DNA of 58,483 bases, counting the filler, from Piptocephalis cylindrospora (taxonomy: Eukaryota): NCBI GenBank assembly GCA_003614145.1. It is 5 parts of 5 records of this genome, joined end to end, with 100 filler letters (N's around TTAATTAATTAA, not from the genome) between each part and the next. Parts side by side here need not be neighbours in the genome. Positions count along the whole stretch, not along the records: positions 23,661 to 35,224 come from KZ987996.1; positions 35,325 to 46,866 come from KZ987997.1; 3 more parts are not named here. One strand, given 5' to 3'. The translations under genes and the position numbers were made by a program. The notes beneath the pieces were generated by a model. That model saw only the letters and a list, made by a program, of their open reading frames with translations. It made no database searches and was not told where the DNA came from. Shown piece by piece: positions 25,557 through 37,964 of this stretch; the first letter of the stretch is position 1, and every line of letters begins with the position of its first letter.

Positions 25557-26082
25557 ACTGGGTATTTAAGTGTGTGTACTAGGGGGGAGTAAGGGGGGGT
25601 TGATGAGATGAAGGGTTGGGGAGGGTATATTCCGCGATGCTAGCAGGCGAAAGTAGGTATTGGGTGAGGGTGGGTGGATAGGGCTGTCTACCAAATAGAG
25701 TAGATTTGCTTTTGAGGTTGGGTGGAGGAGTACTAAGAGTGCACGAGGTAGGGGATGGGGAGGGGAGGGAGATGTAGGGTAAGGTGAGGAGGAAGGGAAG
25801 GGAAAGGGAGGGGGGGTAGGATGGAGGGAAGGGGCCAAGGACCCTGAGCCTTTTGTACTTGCATCAGCTGGGATAGAGGAGATGCCAAGGAGCCGAAGCA
25901 AGATAAAAATGGGAGTGAGAGATGGGAGTTGAGGGGGGAGAGGCTGGGCATGGGAGATCTGAGTTTGGATGGGAGGAGGGACACACTGTAGTCCCTTCTC
26001 AGTCCTCCCTACCAATGAGTAGGAGGGGCGGACCGATGGATGCGATGGGGAAAGAGGTAAGGGCACGGAGACAACGTGTGGT

Positions 26083-26392
26083 GTCGGAGTTTCATCGGCA
26101 TAGCCGCCTCTAAAAGTCATATGGGGGACAAGAGGCGGGATGAGGAGAGAGAGAGAAAGAGAGGGGAGGGAGATGGAATGTTGACCCTTTTTTTTCCCTG
26201 TCCTTCCTCCATGGATGCAGTGGGGGGGAAAGGAGAAGAAGGAATGGAGGAGAGAAGGGTCATAGAAATGACATTTGCCTGGTTGGTTCATCGGATTAGG
26301 GATGCTCAGTCTGAATGGGTGGGCAGGATGCAGGGTTCGTGGGTGCGTGGAGCGGAGGAGAATAGAGTGAGGTTGTGAGGATGGGCGGAGTT
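26083..26392. promoter_or_regulatory. Two copies of G(T/G)CGGAGTT upstream of the 470-aa repeat gene
   Basis: 26083-26091 GTCGGAGTT and 26384-26392 GGCGGAGTT; the same motif occurs three times upstream of the neighbouring gene. Confidence 0.45.
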
Positions 26393-28035
26393 TCTACAAA
26401 GTAAAGGATTGACCGACTGACAAGTCATGCCAGCGACCAACAACAATGAGGAGACCGGGACGCACCACACAGCGTAAAGTGCTACCTAAGGGGACCCTTC
26501 CTTGACACTCTAGGGCAGGGCAAAAAGGGACGAATGGTGGAACAAGGGCGAGGGAGGGATACGGAGATGGGCAATGAGAGGATGAGGAGGAGGAGGAGGA
26601 GGAGGAGGGAGATGTGCGTCCCCTCTCTCTTCTCTGTGCTGTGACCGACGATCCCCCTCCGGAGCACAAGGATGCTGATTGATGGCAGGAACGTCGATGT
26701 GCACCAGTCCCATACCACTCTCTGGGCCCCTTGCAGATAGGGAGGAGGAAGAAGGGAGAGGGAGAGAGAGGGAGCAAGAGAGGGAGGGAGGGAGGGAGGG
26801 GCCATGTGAAATGAAATCCGCCCTTATCGGGCCCACTGGATCAGTAATGCGATTGGGTGAGAGGGCGGTTTTCAGTCCAAATATAGCTTTTCAGGCGGGT
26901 CTATAGTAGAGACCAAATCTCTTTATTCCGTACGTGTTAAGGGCAGCCGGATGTGATGGGTGAGGGGCGAGATGGGAGAGCGGAGCTCACACACCGATGG
27001 AGAGATGAATAGAGGTGGACACATAGAGGCATGCACACACACACATACACACACACACATACACACACACATATTGAAACCCAGACACACACACACACAC
27101 ATGAGATAATACCATGAGAAACCTCCTTCCAAAGGATCTGCCAATTCCCTCTCAATGGCGACGACAACGACTACTGTTGTGGACCCTGAACTCTCCCTTC
27201 TCCCATTGACTGAGCCAAAGAGTCGGATGTGATGGACCTGTCAGGGACGGGGAGAGAGCATGGCGAGGGAAAAAGAGAACAGGACATAGAAAGGAGAGAT
27301 GATCTGCTCCTCCTCACCCACTTATCTGGCCAAATCTTGGACCTTAAGCCATTCACCTGTCAACTCCGCTCCAAAGATCCGCACCAATCCCCACGGTTGA
27401 GCATCCCAGAATATGGCCGGAAGAATTGGTCATCCTTACCACTCTCCCCCTCTTTCCTGGGGGAAAGAGGGTGGAGGGAAAAGGCCTCGTTCTCCCGCAC
27501 GTACACACATCCGACCCGGTCAATCGTCCTCTCTGCCACCTGAGGGACCAACAGAGGAGGACCCATCCCCCATCACTATCTTCCATCCTTCAACAAAGCC
27601 TCACCATCCAGCTCCTTCTCCCGCCAAACACATTTAGTCTCTGGTCTCTTCCTCCGTCAGCCACTCCCCCCTTTCCTAAAAGAGAAGGTCCCGGTTCCTT
27701 GGCAAAAAAAAAACCACCACGCACCCAATACAACGGCATTTCTGTTCCATTTCCTTTATGGGTTGTGCATGGCCATAGGCGTGTTCCGTCATGTATCCAA
27801 TCGACACGACATTCTCCAGGTCAGCCAGAGAACTCCAGTTGGGCAAAGTCATCAAGGAAGACCCAGCCAGCCGATGGTAATGTGTCTTTCATCTTCTCCC
27901 ACCCAACTAAATATAGCACTTCTAAATGGCATGGGATGCGGACAAATTTGATCATTTCATTGGGTCTTTGATCCCACTTCTTGTCCCCCATCCCTCTCTC
28001 TCTCTCTTTCTCACGACACCTACACATACCCCTCC

Positions 28036-30072
28036 TTAATATCCGGGGTTAAAGCAGGTGATGGAAGAACCCTTCGTACCACACATCAGTGATATGCCAC
28101 AGTTGTATGCCACGTACTTGCCATCGGAGCATCCAAGGTAATCTCCGGTCGTGTTCTCCGACACGCAAACCTGAGCATTACCTTGACAGGTTCCACCAGC
28201 GACGGGAGCATCGGCTGATCCTTCTCCACCGGTGGAGTATCCGGTATCAGCGGAGGGGTATCCATTATCTCCCGCGCCCGCCTCACCTCCAGTCCCGGGG
28301 GAAGGCTCGGTATAGCCATAGCCTTCACCTTCAGGGTAGGCCTCATCGGGAGTCTCCGAGTAAGTCTCCTCGGGAGTCTCAGAGTAAGTCTCCTCGGGAG
28401 TCTCCTCTTCGGTGCAGGGAGCAGGAGAAGAGACGGTCTGAGAATCAGTATCTCCCTCCTCGCCCCCAGGGTAAGTCTGGTCGGGGGTCTCAGAGTAGCT
28501 CTGGTCGGGAGTCTCCGAGTAGGTCTCATCGGGGGTCTCAGAGTAGGTCTCCTCGGGAGTCTCCGAGTAGGTCTCATCGGGGGTCTCCGAGTAGGTCTCA
28601 TCGGGGGTCTCCGAGTAGGTCTCCTCGGGAGTCTCAGAGTAAGTCTCCTCGGGAGTCTCCTCTTCGGTGCAGGGAGCAGGAGAAGAGACGGTCTGAGAAT
28701 CAGTATCTCCCTCCTCGCCTCCAGGGTAAGTCTGGTCGGGGGTCTCAGAGTAGCTCTGGTCGGGGGTCTCAGAGTAGCTCTGGTCGGGAGTCTCCGAGTA
28801 GGTCTCATCGGGGGTCTCAGAGTAGGTCTGGTCGGGAGTCTCCGAATAGGTCTCCTCGGGAGTCTCAGAGTAGGTCTCCTCGGGAGTCTCCGAGTAAGTC
28901 TCCTCAGGAGTTTCCGAGTAGGTCTGCTCGGGAGTCTCCTCTTCGGTGCAGGGAGCAGTCTCGGTCTGGTCTTCGGTATAACCATCCTCACTTTCAACGG
29001 GGGTCTCAGAAGTTTCCTCCTTGGTGCAAGGAGCAGAAGTAGAGGGCTCATCCTGGCTATCAACACTTCCTTCCTCACCACCGGGGTAGGTCTCCACAGG
29101 AGTAGCGTAACTACTATCCTGTCCGTCCGTGGTCGCTTCATCGTCTTCGGGAACGGTGACGACTTCGGTGGTCTGGGCCGTCTCGGTCACCGTCTTGGTC
29201 ACATCGGTGTAGTTGGTGATCTGAGCCGTTTCCGTTAGCGTCTCGTAGTCCGAGAGGACCTTTGTTTTGGTTACCCGATCGGTCTCGGTGAGGACTTGAG
29301 TGAGGACGGCTGTGTCCGTCACGTACTCGGTGGCCGTAGCGGTCTGGTACTCGGTGGTTTGATACAACTCCTCCTTGCGCACAACCACAGTCATAGGCAC
29401 CACTTCGGTGCAGGTCTTGCGCACATCCACCGTCTCGGTGACCTGGTCTGTCTCGGTAAGGTACGCCGTCTGGGTAATGACATCGGTGACCTGTTCCGTG
29501 GTGTAATCCGTGACCTCTGTGGTCTGCGTCACCTCAACATTCTGCGTCTCCGTCACCGTCTCCGTCACGGGCATTGTCTCTGTCACCGTCTCTGTCACCT
29601 GGACAGCTTCGGTGGTAGGAACCGGCACCGAGGGATCCTGTGTATCACTAGCACCTTCCTCTCCACCAGGATAGGTCTCCTGAGGAGGTTCTGTGGTCTT
29701 GGAATTCCCAGAGTCACCGTAGTTGATCTCTTCGTCATCCGCAGGAGGTGGGGTATTATCGGCGCCGCCGTAACCGATCTCTTCGTCGTCGCCCTCAGGA
29801 TACGCGGGTTGCGTATCAGCGGAGGTAAAGGCCCCATCGACGGAGGCGGGGGCGGGGGCGGGAGCGGAGGAGGCGACAGGAGCGGCGGCGGCAGGAGCGG
29901 GAGCAGGAGCGGGGGAATCGGCAGGGACGCCTTCCGCGTATGAATTGTCCTGAGGAACCCCAGGAGATGCCTCGAGATATCCGGTATCTCCTCCGCCGGC
30001 AGTGTAATCCTGGGCGGAGACCTGGGAGGCCAAGGCCAGGGCAGCTAGAAAAAGAGTGTGTTCAATGTGCAT
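28036..30072 (-). CDS. Secreted Thr/Glu/Pro-rich repeat protein with C-terminal 6-Cys CBM19-like module, 678 aa, intronless
   Basis: Signal peptide MHIEHTLFLAALALASQVSA; T-x-T-x core; TYSETP(E/D)(E/Q) octapeptide array; C-terminal CQGNAQVC...YLGCSDGKYVAYNCGISLMC...C. Confidence 0.88.
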   Translation of the reverse strand: MHIEHTLFLAALALASQVSAQDYTAGGGDTGYLEASPGVPQDNSYAEGVPADSPAPAPAPAAAAPVASSAPAPAPASVDGAFTSADTQPAYPEGDDEEIGYGGADNTPPPADDEEINYGDSGNSKTTEPPQETYPGGEEGASDTQDPSVPVPTTEAVQVTETVTETMPVTETVTETQNVEVTQTTEVTDYTTEQVTDVITQTAYLTETDQVTETVDVRKTCTEVVPMTVVVRKEELYQTTEYQTATATEYVTDTAVLTQVLTETDRVTKTKVLSDYETLTETAQITNYTDVTKTVTETAQTTEVVTVPEDDEATTDGQDSSYATPVETYPGGEEGSVDSQDEPSTSAPCTKEETSETPVESEDGYTEDQTETAPCTEEETPEQTYSETPEETYSETPEETYSETPEETYSETPDQTYSETPDETYSETPDQSYSETPDQSYSETPDQTYPGGEEGDTDSQTVSSPAPCTEEETPEETYSETPEETYSETPDETYSETPDETYSETPEETYSETPDETYSETPDQSYSETPDQTYPGGEEGDTDSQTVSSPAPCTEEETPEETYSETPEETYSETPDEAYPEGEGYGYTEPSPGTGGEAGAGDNGYPSADTGYSTGGEGSADAPVAGGTCQGNAQVCVSENTTGDYLGCSDGKYVAYNCGISLMCGTKGSSITCFNPGY
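28340..28960 (-). repeat. Coding 24-bp minisatellite (TYSETPEE) with a higher-order 255-bp duplication
   Basis: Tandem 24-bp units; the block encoding TYPGGEEGDTDSQTVSSPAPCTEEETPEE recurs at ~28426 and ~28681. Confidence 0.92.
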
Positions 30073-30752
30073 AGTGCTGATTGATCTTAAGGGTTGGAAG
30101 AGTTGGGTTTAGAGGGATTGAGAAAGGAAGGAATAGTACCTCAGGATAAGATCAAAGGAGTATGAATGGGAAGTGTGAGGTTTGGCAAAGGTGCAAGGAA
30201 AGCACGGTAGCTAGTCACTAGGACAGGAAAATGAAACGGAGGGGGGGGGGGGGCAATTGCTTCTCCGGCCGGCGAAAAAGAGCAAAAGGCGAGTGGAAAG
30301 GGGAGGAGTAGGGAGGGGAAAGTTGGAGCAAAAGGAGGCACAGATTGGGACGCACACACAGTGGCTACTGGCACAAAGAATGCGAAGGAAGGAAAGAGTA
30401 GGCAAGGGAAGGAGGAGGGGAAGGGAGAGGGGGAAAGAGGAAAGAAAGGTGAATGAGAGGAAAGGAAAGTATGCCGTTGTGGCAACTTCTCCGACTTTAT
30501 ATCCTTGGCATCGGGGATGGCTGAGGGATTACCCAGCGTGATGAATGGCAGCGGTTGAATGGAAACGACTTGGAGCCAAGAGAAGGGGCGACGCACCACT
30601 CCATCCAGCTGGATGATATTGGTATACCTGACACTCAGAGGGAGAGTGGGAGACCACTGGGGGGGAGTGAGAGGAGGGAAGCTCAAACACACTGCTGGGT
30701 GTTCACACCAAGACAAAGATGAGGCCAGCTGAGGGAGTTTGAGACAAGGGGG

Positions 30753-30822
30753 GGCGGAGTTGGAGCCGTTGGGAAGAAAAGGTCGTGGAAGCACAGTCGG
30801 AGTTCTATGTTTCAACTCCGAC
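30753..30822. promoter_or_regulatory. GGCGGAGTT plus perfect inverted pair GTCGGAGTT-N9-AACTCCGAC upstream of the 678-aa gene
   Basis: Copies at 30753-30761, 30796-30804 and 30814-30822. Confidence 0.5.
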
Positions 30823-31291
30823 CTTGGCGCCTCTTTGTTGAAAAATTCATTGTCTTATGGGGAAATGCACACCTAAGAGATACCCATCTTAGCACCCCTC
30901 TCCTTACACCCACATTTTAGTAGGAGAGGAAAGACCAATCCGATGCCATGACTCAATGGCCAGATACCAAACTTACGCTGGTACGAAGACGACTAATGGC
31001 AATGATGGAAGGTTAGGCCGAGAGAGTATGAATCGAACAGTGTTTCACCATCGGGTTTGATCTGTCTAATCCTCTCACTCTCTTTTACGATAAGCGCGAA
31101 AAGAAAGCAGATACCACGACCACGGCCATATGATTTGACTATTTTTCGACAAGTTTAACTTTAAAAAGAAAAATAGCGTCATCTTTATTCATAGTCATTT
31201 CTCACCACCACCCTAATATTGCCCAAAGACATCTGTGGCATCGGTGTACAGACGCAGGACAAAACTCCATCCAGACATCCTAGGGTTAAGA

Positions 31292-33102
31292 TCATCCCTT
31301 TCGACCAATTCGCGAGATCGGCCAAGGAGACAGCCCCAACACCAGTTCCATCGCTTCAACACCCCCCAGATCCACCACTTCATCCAATTTGGCCACTGGA
31401 AGCACTACCGCAAGACCCCACGGTGTCATCTGGTCTTGCTCCCCGGCTAGGATCAGCTGCGAGAGGGAAAAGAGCCCATGGACCAAGCTTTCCCTATCCC
31501 TTTCCAATCGAAGAAGGTATCGCACCAAGGCCAACTCCTCCGCCTCAGGATACCATTCCACTAATGTGATACAGCCATGATGGTGGATCGTTACATGAGC
31601 CGACAGGATAGGCATCATAAATACACGCCCCATATATCCTACCTTCTTCAGTAGTTTTGGGAAGCAGTTGGTCCACCGCCTCCCTAACCGCCAATGGAAC
31701 CAACGATCCTGGGATACTCCAGATCAGATGTTTGAGGTGTGATGCCGCCAGACGTGGATCCACATAACTTCCCACTTTTCCCATCCGTTCATCTAAAGCC
31801 TCACGATAAAGGGCAAATCCCATCGCATTGATTTCCCGAAGCTGTGCTTGATCCGCACTTTCTCTGAGCCAGTGACTCGCCACCAAGAGGTCTATCCCCA
31901 TACAAATGATCGTCAGTATTGTCCCCCTCCTCTCTCCTCCCTCCCTCCCATCCCTTACCCTTGGATCGAATCTCCGGACCAAGAAGATAGTCCAGCACCA
32001 TTTCCGTATCCTCCCGGACCTTGGGTGGAATAGAAAACTCCTGGTCCAAGTGACCCACCATTTCAAGTACCTTTCCAACAATATCCGGCGCCATTTGTAC
32101 CTTGTGTGGTCTCGTCAAAAACTCAGCCAGATAACATACCGTCCACCTTGATCCTGACGTCCTTTCCATCATCCCTGAATATCCACTGAAACACGCCATT
32201 GTGTCCGCATACCCGCTAAACTCTCCCATCCCTGGAGCCAGCAGTGGAACTCCCGAATACAAACTCCTGCCTGGGCTACACACCCCCTCCATCAAAGAGG
32301 CCACCCCTGATCTTCCCATCGTATCGCCACGGCCAGAGAGCAAGGATGATCGGGTGGATCGGACACTTGTCATCCTCTTTACCCGGCCTTCCTCTCCTCC
32401 CTCGCCCCCCATCGAGCCCTTGAAGTCAAAGGCCGTTACCTTGCCTTGGATGGATCCCCCAGCCTCACCCTCTCCTCCGGTCCGACCACGTAAGGATCCT
32501 CCCATCTCGGAACCTCCCGTAGGCCGTCGTCGAATTGATCCCCCTCCTCCTCCAGGAGTCCTTGGGATGGCGGCGCGACGACGCGAGGCAATGGAAGAGG
32601 TTCTTCCAGGCCGACGATGACCCGTCGTTGACCTTCCCCGCCTTGGCCTTACTCGATGACTATGTCTAGATCGAAGCTGAGTGTGGCCACGGAGAAGTGC
32701 ACCCAGGGTCTCTTCATTCCGCGATCGAAGGGATTGTAATTCTGGAAAGGTGGTGATCAATTCCAACGTCCCACACATGTCATTTTGTATCTATGAAAAA
32801 AGACTGATGAGCATCATCCCTATGTCTCCCTCAACTCATATCCATCCTCAAGCTTACCTGCTGAAGGATAAACACAGAGTAGTTGTAGATGGTGCAAAAT
32901 TGGATCAAAAACCATCGCGTCTCACGTTTAGCCCTCTTCCCTTGAGTCCCGGTCTTGCTATACATCCCCAATCGTTCTGCGGCCGCAAAGCACTCAGACA
33001 CAATAATCCCTAGATGAAGGCGGGCTGGGAGACTTTGACTAGGGATGCGCTCATCCAAGCACTCCTAGAGTAGTGAGGCTTTGAGATGAGCAAACCGTCT
33101 TT

Positions 33103-33133
<31 letters not shown>

Positions 33134-34175
33134 TTACAACACTCACCTTGTCACTATAAGCCTCTGCGGCAAGAAAGTCCTCCAATTGGACATATGGAGC
33201 CTCTTGAGGACGTCGACCACCCCAGGATATGGACTCGGCGGCCGGGCATGGTACTGAACTATCCTCGGGAAGTCCCCAAAATGACTTGGGTGACATATCC
33301 CCAAATATCGTTGCAATAAGCCCTAGGACATACAGGGGCGCTATCATTTACCATCATTGAATAGTGTTATGAGTGAATGCGTACATCATATCCTCCCCTC
33401 TGTCATTCCCCTTACCAAATGCCCGGAGATGATTTGCCTCCTGCTCTCTGGGCCCTCCACGGATGCTTCGCTCGGCAGTAAGCTCCCGAAGGCGCTCGCG
33501 TACCTGCCGAATATCTTTATGAACAGCTCCCTGAATGGAAACCCATGAAGTGAGTAGGATTATGATATCCCAAGATTCCCCACTAGGCACTTATCCCACC
33601 TTTTGTCGGGGTTCCCCACGCTGAAGTAATGTGCTCATCAGCCCTGTTACCCTATTCCACGCCCGTCGCTTCTCTCTCCGGCTTCCCTCAGCCTCCGTCT
33701 CCACCTCCACTGGTGTTTTGACCGCCCCCCCCTCCCCCTCCTTGTTCGATCCCGCACTTTCATCCCCCTCCTCGCTCTCCTCGCTAATCGAGGATTTGGC
33801 TTCTTTGTTTGCCCGCTTCTTCCGACGAAGCTTATCCCCAGTCCATCTTTTCTTTCCTGGGGAAATATCCATGGGCTGTATGGCCGCTTCCATTGAGGAT
33901 CCTGGGAACATCTTACTCCACGCTCGGCCCTCCCGCGCCTCACATCGGGAAAATGCCGTTGACAGTGCCGGCTCGCTTTGCTGCCGGGACAAAGGCGTGG
34001 GTCTGGCCAAGAGCGGGGTGATGGAGCCCTCAAAGTCCTCTGGAGAGTCGGGAGGAGAGTAGCTGGGTAGGGAGGGCCTCATCGACAGCCCCCCAGACTG
34101 TCCCTCTGTCCCCTCATCCGGGGTTGATGCGGATTTAAAGACATGGGAAATGCGCTTTAGCTGCAGTCTCGTCAT
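31292..34175 (-). CDS. Multi-exon hypothetical protein with divergent C-terminal RhoGAP-like domain; start and last-exon frame uncertain
   Basis: Chain of phase-compatible exons. HWLRESAD (arginine-finger position), DPRLAASHLKHLIWSIPGSLVP and QDQMTPWGLAVVLP resemble RhoGAP blocks GIFRxsG, vAsLLKxflreLPePLiP and NkMtxxNLAivf. Confidence 0.6.
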
Positions 34176-35224
34176 CAGCCACAAACCTTTTTTGTCTTGA
34201 TAAATGGAGTCGTTGAGTGCTGACTGATTACACACACAGGTGGAAATTGTGAAGGTGGAGATAGCGAGAGATCGGATGAGCGTCTATACGGGGGATGATG
34301 ATTATCGGTGGGACTGCGTGTATAAAGAACGAATAGAAGAAATGTATCCGGCTGAGAAAAAGGAAGGGAAGAGGAAGGAGGGAGGGGAAAGGAGGGGAGG
34401 AAAGAGAGAGAAATGATGGGACAATGCAGGTGGGATGAGAGAAGGTTTAGGGGAGGTGGGTAGTAGGTATAACAAAGGGATCAGGAGGAGCCGAGGACCA
34501 AGGGGATGGTGGATCAGAGAGATGTTCTTTGTACCCCCGGTATGTCATGATCCATCCTCACTATCCTAAAGTCTATTTCACTGAACACTGTCTCCTTCCT
34601 TGGTCAAGCGGAACCTTTACCTTGACTACACATAGGAGGGCAGAGCATTATGTATTTCTATATCCCAATAACCTTTAATCATCCAATCCAGGCCTTCATC
34701 CCCTGAACGAATATCTCTTCGTAAGTCAAGAGAGCAGAGGGGCGTGGAGAACCTTTCTGCTATGTTTAGTTGTACAGCCTAGCATCTGAGGGGGGATTAT
34801 ATTGTTGGTCTCCTCTCTAGTCATGATAAGATGGGTCATCATAGGTTCAAGTACCCCTTTGGATGATGACTAGCCCCCTTGACTGAGATAATGGGGTCAT
34901 CCGATGGCACAAGAATCAGCTTGAAACTGGAAGTATGGATAGGGAAGATAGATATCCAGCAGGACTCCATCTTCCCCTGGAAATTTCTCCCTGGGGTTCT
35001 AGCCATTTCTCCTGACCTTGCGCCTCTAGTCCAAGACGGAAAAGGGGGACAGTGAACATTAGTTCAAGCAAGGGGCCCCACCCATGCTCAGGAGACCTTT
35101 TCACTACTATCCTTGGCCAAGTCTCATGATATGGCCCTGTAGTGCATATAGTGTGCGCATGCTTTAGATGCTAGGACATTTTGGCCCTTGTGTGCTATTT
35201 ATTAAGTCACAAGTCGTTCTATTC

Positions 35225-35324
35225 NNNNNNNNNNNNNNNNNNNNNNNNNNNNNNNNNNNNNNNNNNNNTTAATTAATTAANNNNNNNNNNNNNNNNNNNN
35301 NNNNNNNNNNNNNNNNNNNNNNNN
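35225..35324. other. Artificial contig linker
   Basis: N44-TTAATTAATTAA-N44. Confidence 0.97.
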
Positions 35325-35427
35325 GTGGTGATCGGTAGGCTGGCTGGCTGGAACAGAGGGGGGGATTCTGGGGGGATGTCTCCTCCTCGTCCAGTCCCCT
35401 CACGGGTCTGTAATCGTTGCCTGGCAT
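35325..35427 (-). CDS. Probable 5' start of a gene truncated by the contig end
   Basis: MPGNDYRPVRGLDEEETSPQNPPLCSSQPAYRSP... stays open to the gap, preceded by a long pyrimidine-rich leader and CCAAT boxes near 35903 and 35924. Confidence 0.4.
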
Positions 35428-36556
35428 GGTGGGTTGAAGGCTGGATTGAGATGTCGGGGGGGATGGAGAGGAAGAAGGAGGGAGGAAAGAGGGAGATGGC
35501 CGTCAGGGAGATCAGGGAAGCAGGTCAAGCAGTAATAAAAGGTTGGGGGAGGGGGAGAGAGGGAGGGGAGGGGAGGAGATGGAAGAAAGAACAAAAGCGG
35601 AAAGAGAACACACAAACACACACGCAGGGAGAGAGAAGAGAAGCCAAGGAGCAAAGGCGGGCTTGATCCTAAACGATGGCCAAGAAGAAGAGCGAGAAGA
35701 GGTCCAGGGTGGAGCGAGAGGGAAGAGGACCAATGTGAGGGAAGACAGGGCGGAAAGATGGGTGGTGGTGATGGTGGTGGCCGGTTAGTAGGAGGAGGAG
35801 GAAGAAGGGAAAGGACTTGTGAGGAGAAGTGGGAGTGAAAGGGAAGCTCTCAAGGACGATGAGTGCCGGGAGGAGGGAGTGGAGCTGTCCCTACACACGC
35901 CCATTGGATCCCACGTTGCGCTTATTGGACGCTCCCCCTATGAACTATTCCTTCCTCCCTGGCTGACCCTGAACCTTTCTATCACGCTGTGTGTATGAGG
36001 AAAGGCCGGGCAGCCGGGCTTGCTTGGATAGCCTTTGTCAGTGTGTATCGTGTGGGCGAGCAATTCTGAGTGTCTAATAATAATAATAATGATGCGATGG
36101 GAAGGGGGATATGAGACGGCGAGGCTGGAGTAGGGGAGAAGTTACCGACCCTGACACCTTTTGACAGGGCTCAATCACCCTTCTAGACTCACCTCGATAT
36201 GCTTGATATTGCTACTCAACATGGTTAGTCTATGTGCGAGACAGGGTAGCTGGGCGATGCTACTAGGGTCGGATAAATCCTTTTTATTTGGCCCGCTTGG
36301 CCAAGAGGATGCTGGTGTAGCTTCCTGGAATGAATAAAGATACAGTAGGATATTGCTACGAATCCAGTATATATATACATATACACACATACGTATACCG
36401 TTGCTCATTATCGCTGTTACAAAACAACCTGCTCTATAAACCTACCCTGACTAGAAATGGTAGACAGGAAAAGAAGAAAAAAATGGTAGCACAAGGTATC
36501 AGTCCGCCACCTTGTCCTTTCCTCCTCCCTACCCACCCCTCCTCCCTCCCCTTCTC

Positions 36557-37710
36557 ATGAGCTTTCTCCGCTACAAGCAGGTCATTGAAGTAGGCGACCT
36601 CGTCGTTGCTTACTTGGTACGTAACCCTTTGCCCCCAATCCGCTTCCTGGCCCTACTCATCATCCTATCCACTTTACTAGACCAGGGAATCGGCCTCGGT
36701 GATCCGGATCGAGGCTGGAGCTAAACTGAATAACCGATACGGAGAGTTTCCCCATGATAGTATGATTGGTAAGGAGTATGGAAGCAAATTGGCTTCGAGG
36801 ACGGGCCGCGGCTTCATCCACCTCCTGTACCCTACCCCTGAGCTATGGACCACGGTTCTGCCCCACCGAACCCAGATCCTCTACCTGCCCGACATTGCCT
36901 TCATCACGGGTCAGCTCGATCTAAAGCCTGGGTCTCGGGTCGTCGAATCCGGAACGGGCAGTGGGTCCTTCTCCCATGCTCTTGCTCGGACTGTCGCTCC
37001 CCATGGTCATCTTTACACCTTTGAGTTTCATCAAGCTCGTGCTGACCAAGCTAGGTACGTGTGGTGTCATTCCTTGTGGTCATCTCGGACACTGACGCAA
37101 TGCCGAAAAACCCCATTATAATAATGATAATAATAGAAAGGAATTCAGTGAACATGGATTGGATGGGATCACCACCCTGGCATGTCGGGATGCCTGCAAG
37201 GAGGGATTTGGCCTGGAGGGCGAGGCGGACGCCGTCTTCCTCGACTTGCCGGCCCCATGGGAGGCGGTAGCATCCGCCAAAAAGGCCCTAGACCCCCGGA
37301 AAATCGGTCGAATTTGCTGCTTCTCCCCATGCATTGAACAGGTGCAGCGGACTCGCCAAGTCTTGAACCAAGAAGGGTTTACTGGTAAGGCTGCTCTGAA
37401 GGGAGACCAACGCCCTGCTTTGCAACATGCACTCACTCTTGCTATTACAGAGATCCGTATGTTTGAAGCTCTTTCCAAGAGTTGCGATGTCAAGGCCACC
37501 AAGACCCTCTCTGTCGACGAAGAATCCTCCAAGACCCGTCGTCATCTCCTGACCCGTCGAGGCATCCCCACTTCCTTGGATGAGGAAGGGGGGGATGGTG
37601 GGCAAGAAAAGGATGATCGTCTTGTCACCAAGTTCCCCGTTGAAGTCCGTGGTCATACGAGTTATCTGACCTTTGCTACCCTCGTCCCTACTGTCGATCC
37701 TTCTCAATAG
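36557..37710 (+). CDS. TRM61: tRNA (adenine58-N1)-methyltransferase catalytic subunit TRM61/GCD14
   Basis: PTPELWTTVLPHRTQILY, ESGTGSGSFSH, FEFHQARA, AVFLDLPAPW, CFSPCIEQV, HTSYLTFA; three introns. Confidence 0.96.
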
Positions 37711-37964
37711 AGCCTATACTTTTTTCCTTGAATCCTGATGGGATGGGCGTGGATTATGGTCAATTTTCTTACTATGATGATATATAAAAGGGGAGGGGAA
37801 GGAAGACATAATCCGATTCATCGTGTTCAAAAGAAATTCCTTTTCATTTCATCCACCTCCTCTTTCTCTTATTCTCTCATGTCCACTGATGTATCCCCTT
37901 CCCCCTCCTATTTCTCTCTCTTCCCCTCCCCCCCCACCCGTATATCTCTCACCATATCCCAGAG

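Noticed and set aside
24134..25592. 346-aa (minus, alternative frame) and 353-aa (plus) ORFs overlapping the repeat protein
   Set aside because: Shadow frames produced by codon bias and repeats.
28086..29141. Arg/Pro-rich 351-aa and 317-aa ORFs; CRISPR-like look of the 24-bp array
   Set aside because: Alternative frames of a coding minisatellite; there are no unique spacers or cas genes, and the DNA is eukaryotic.
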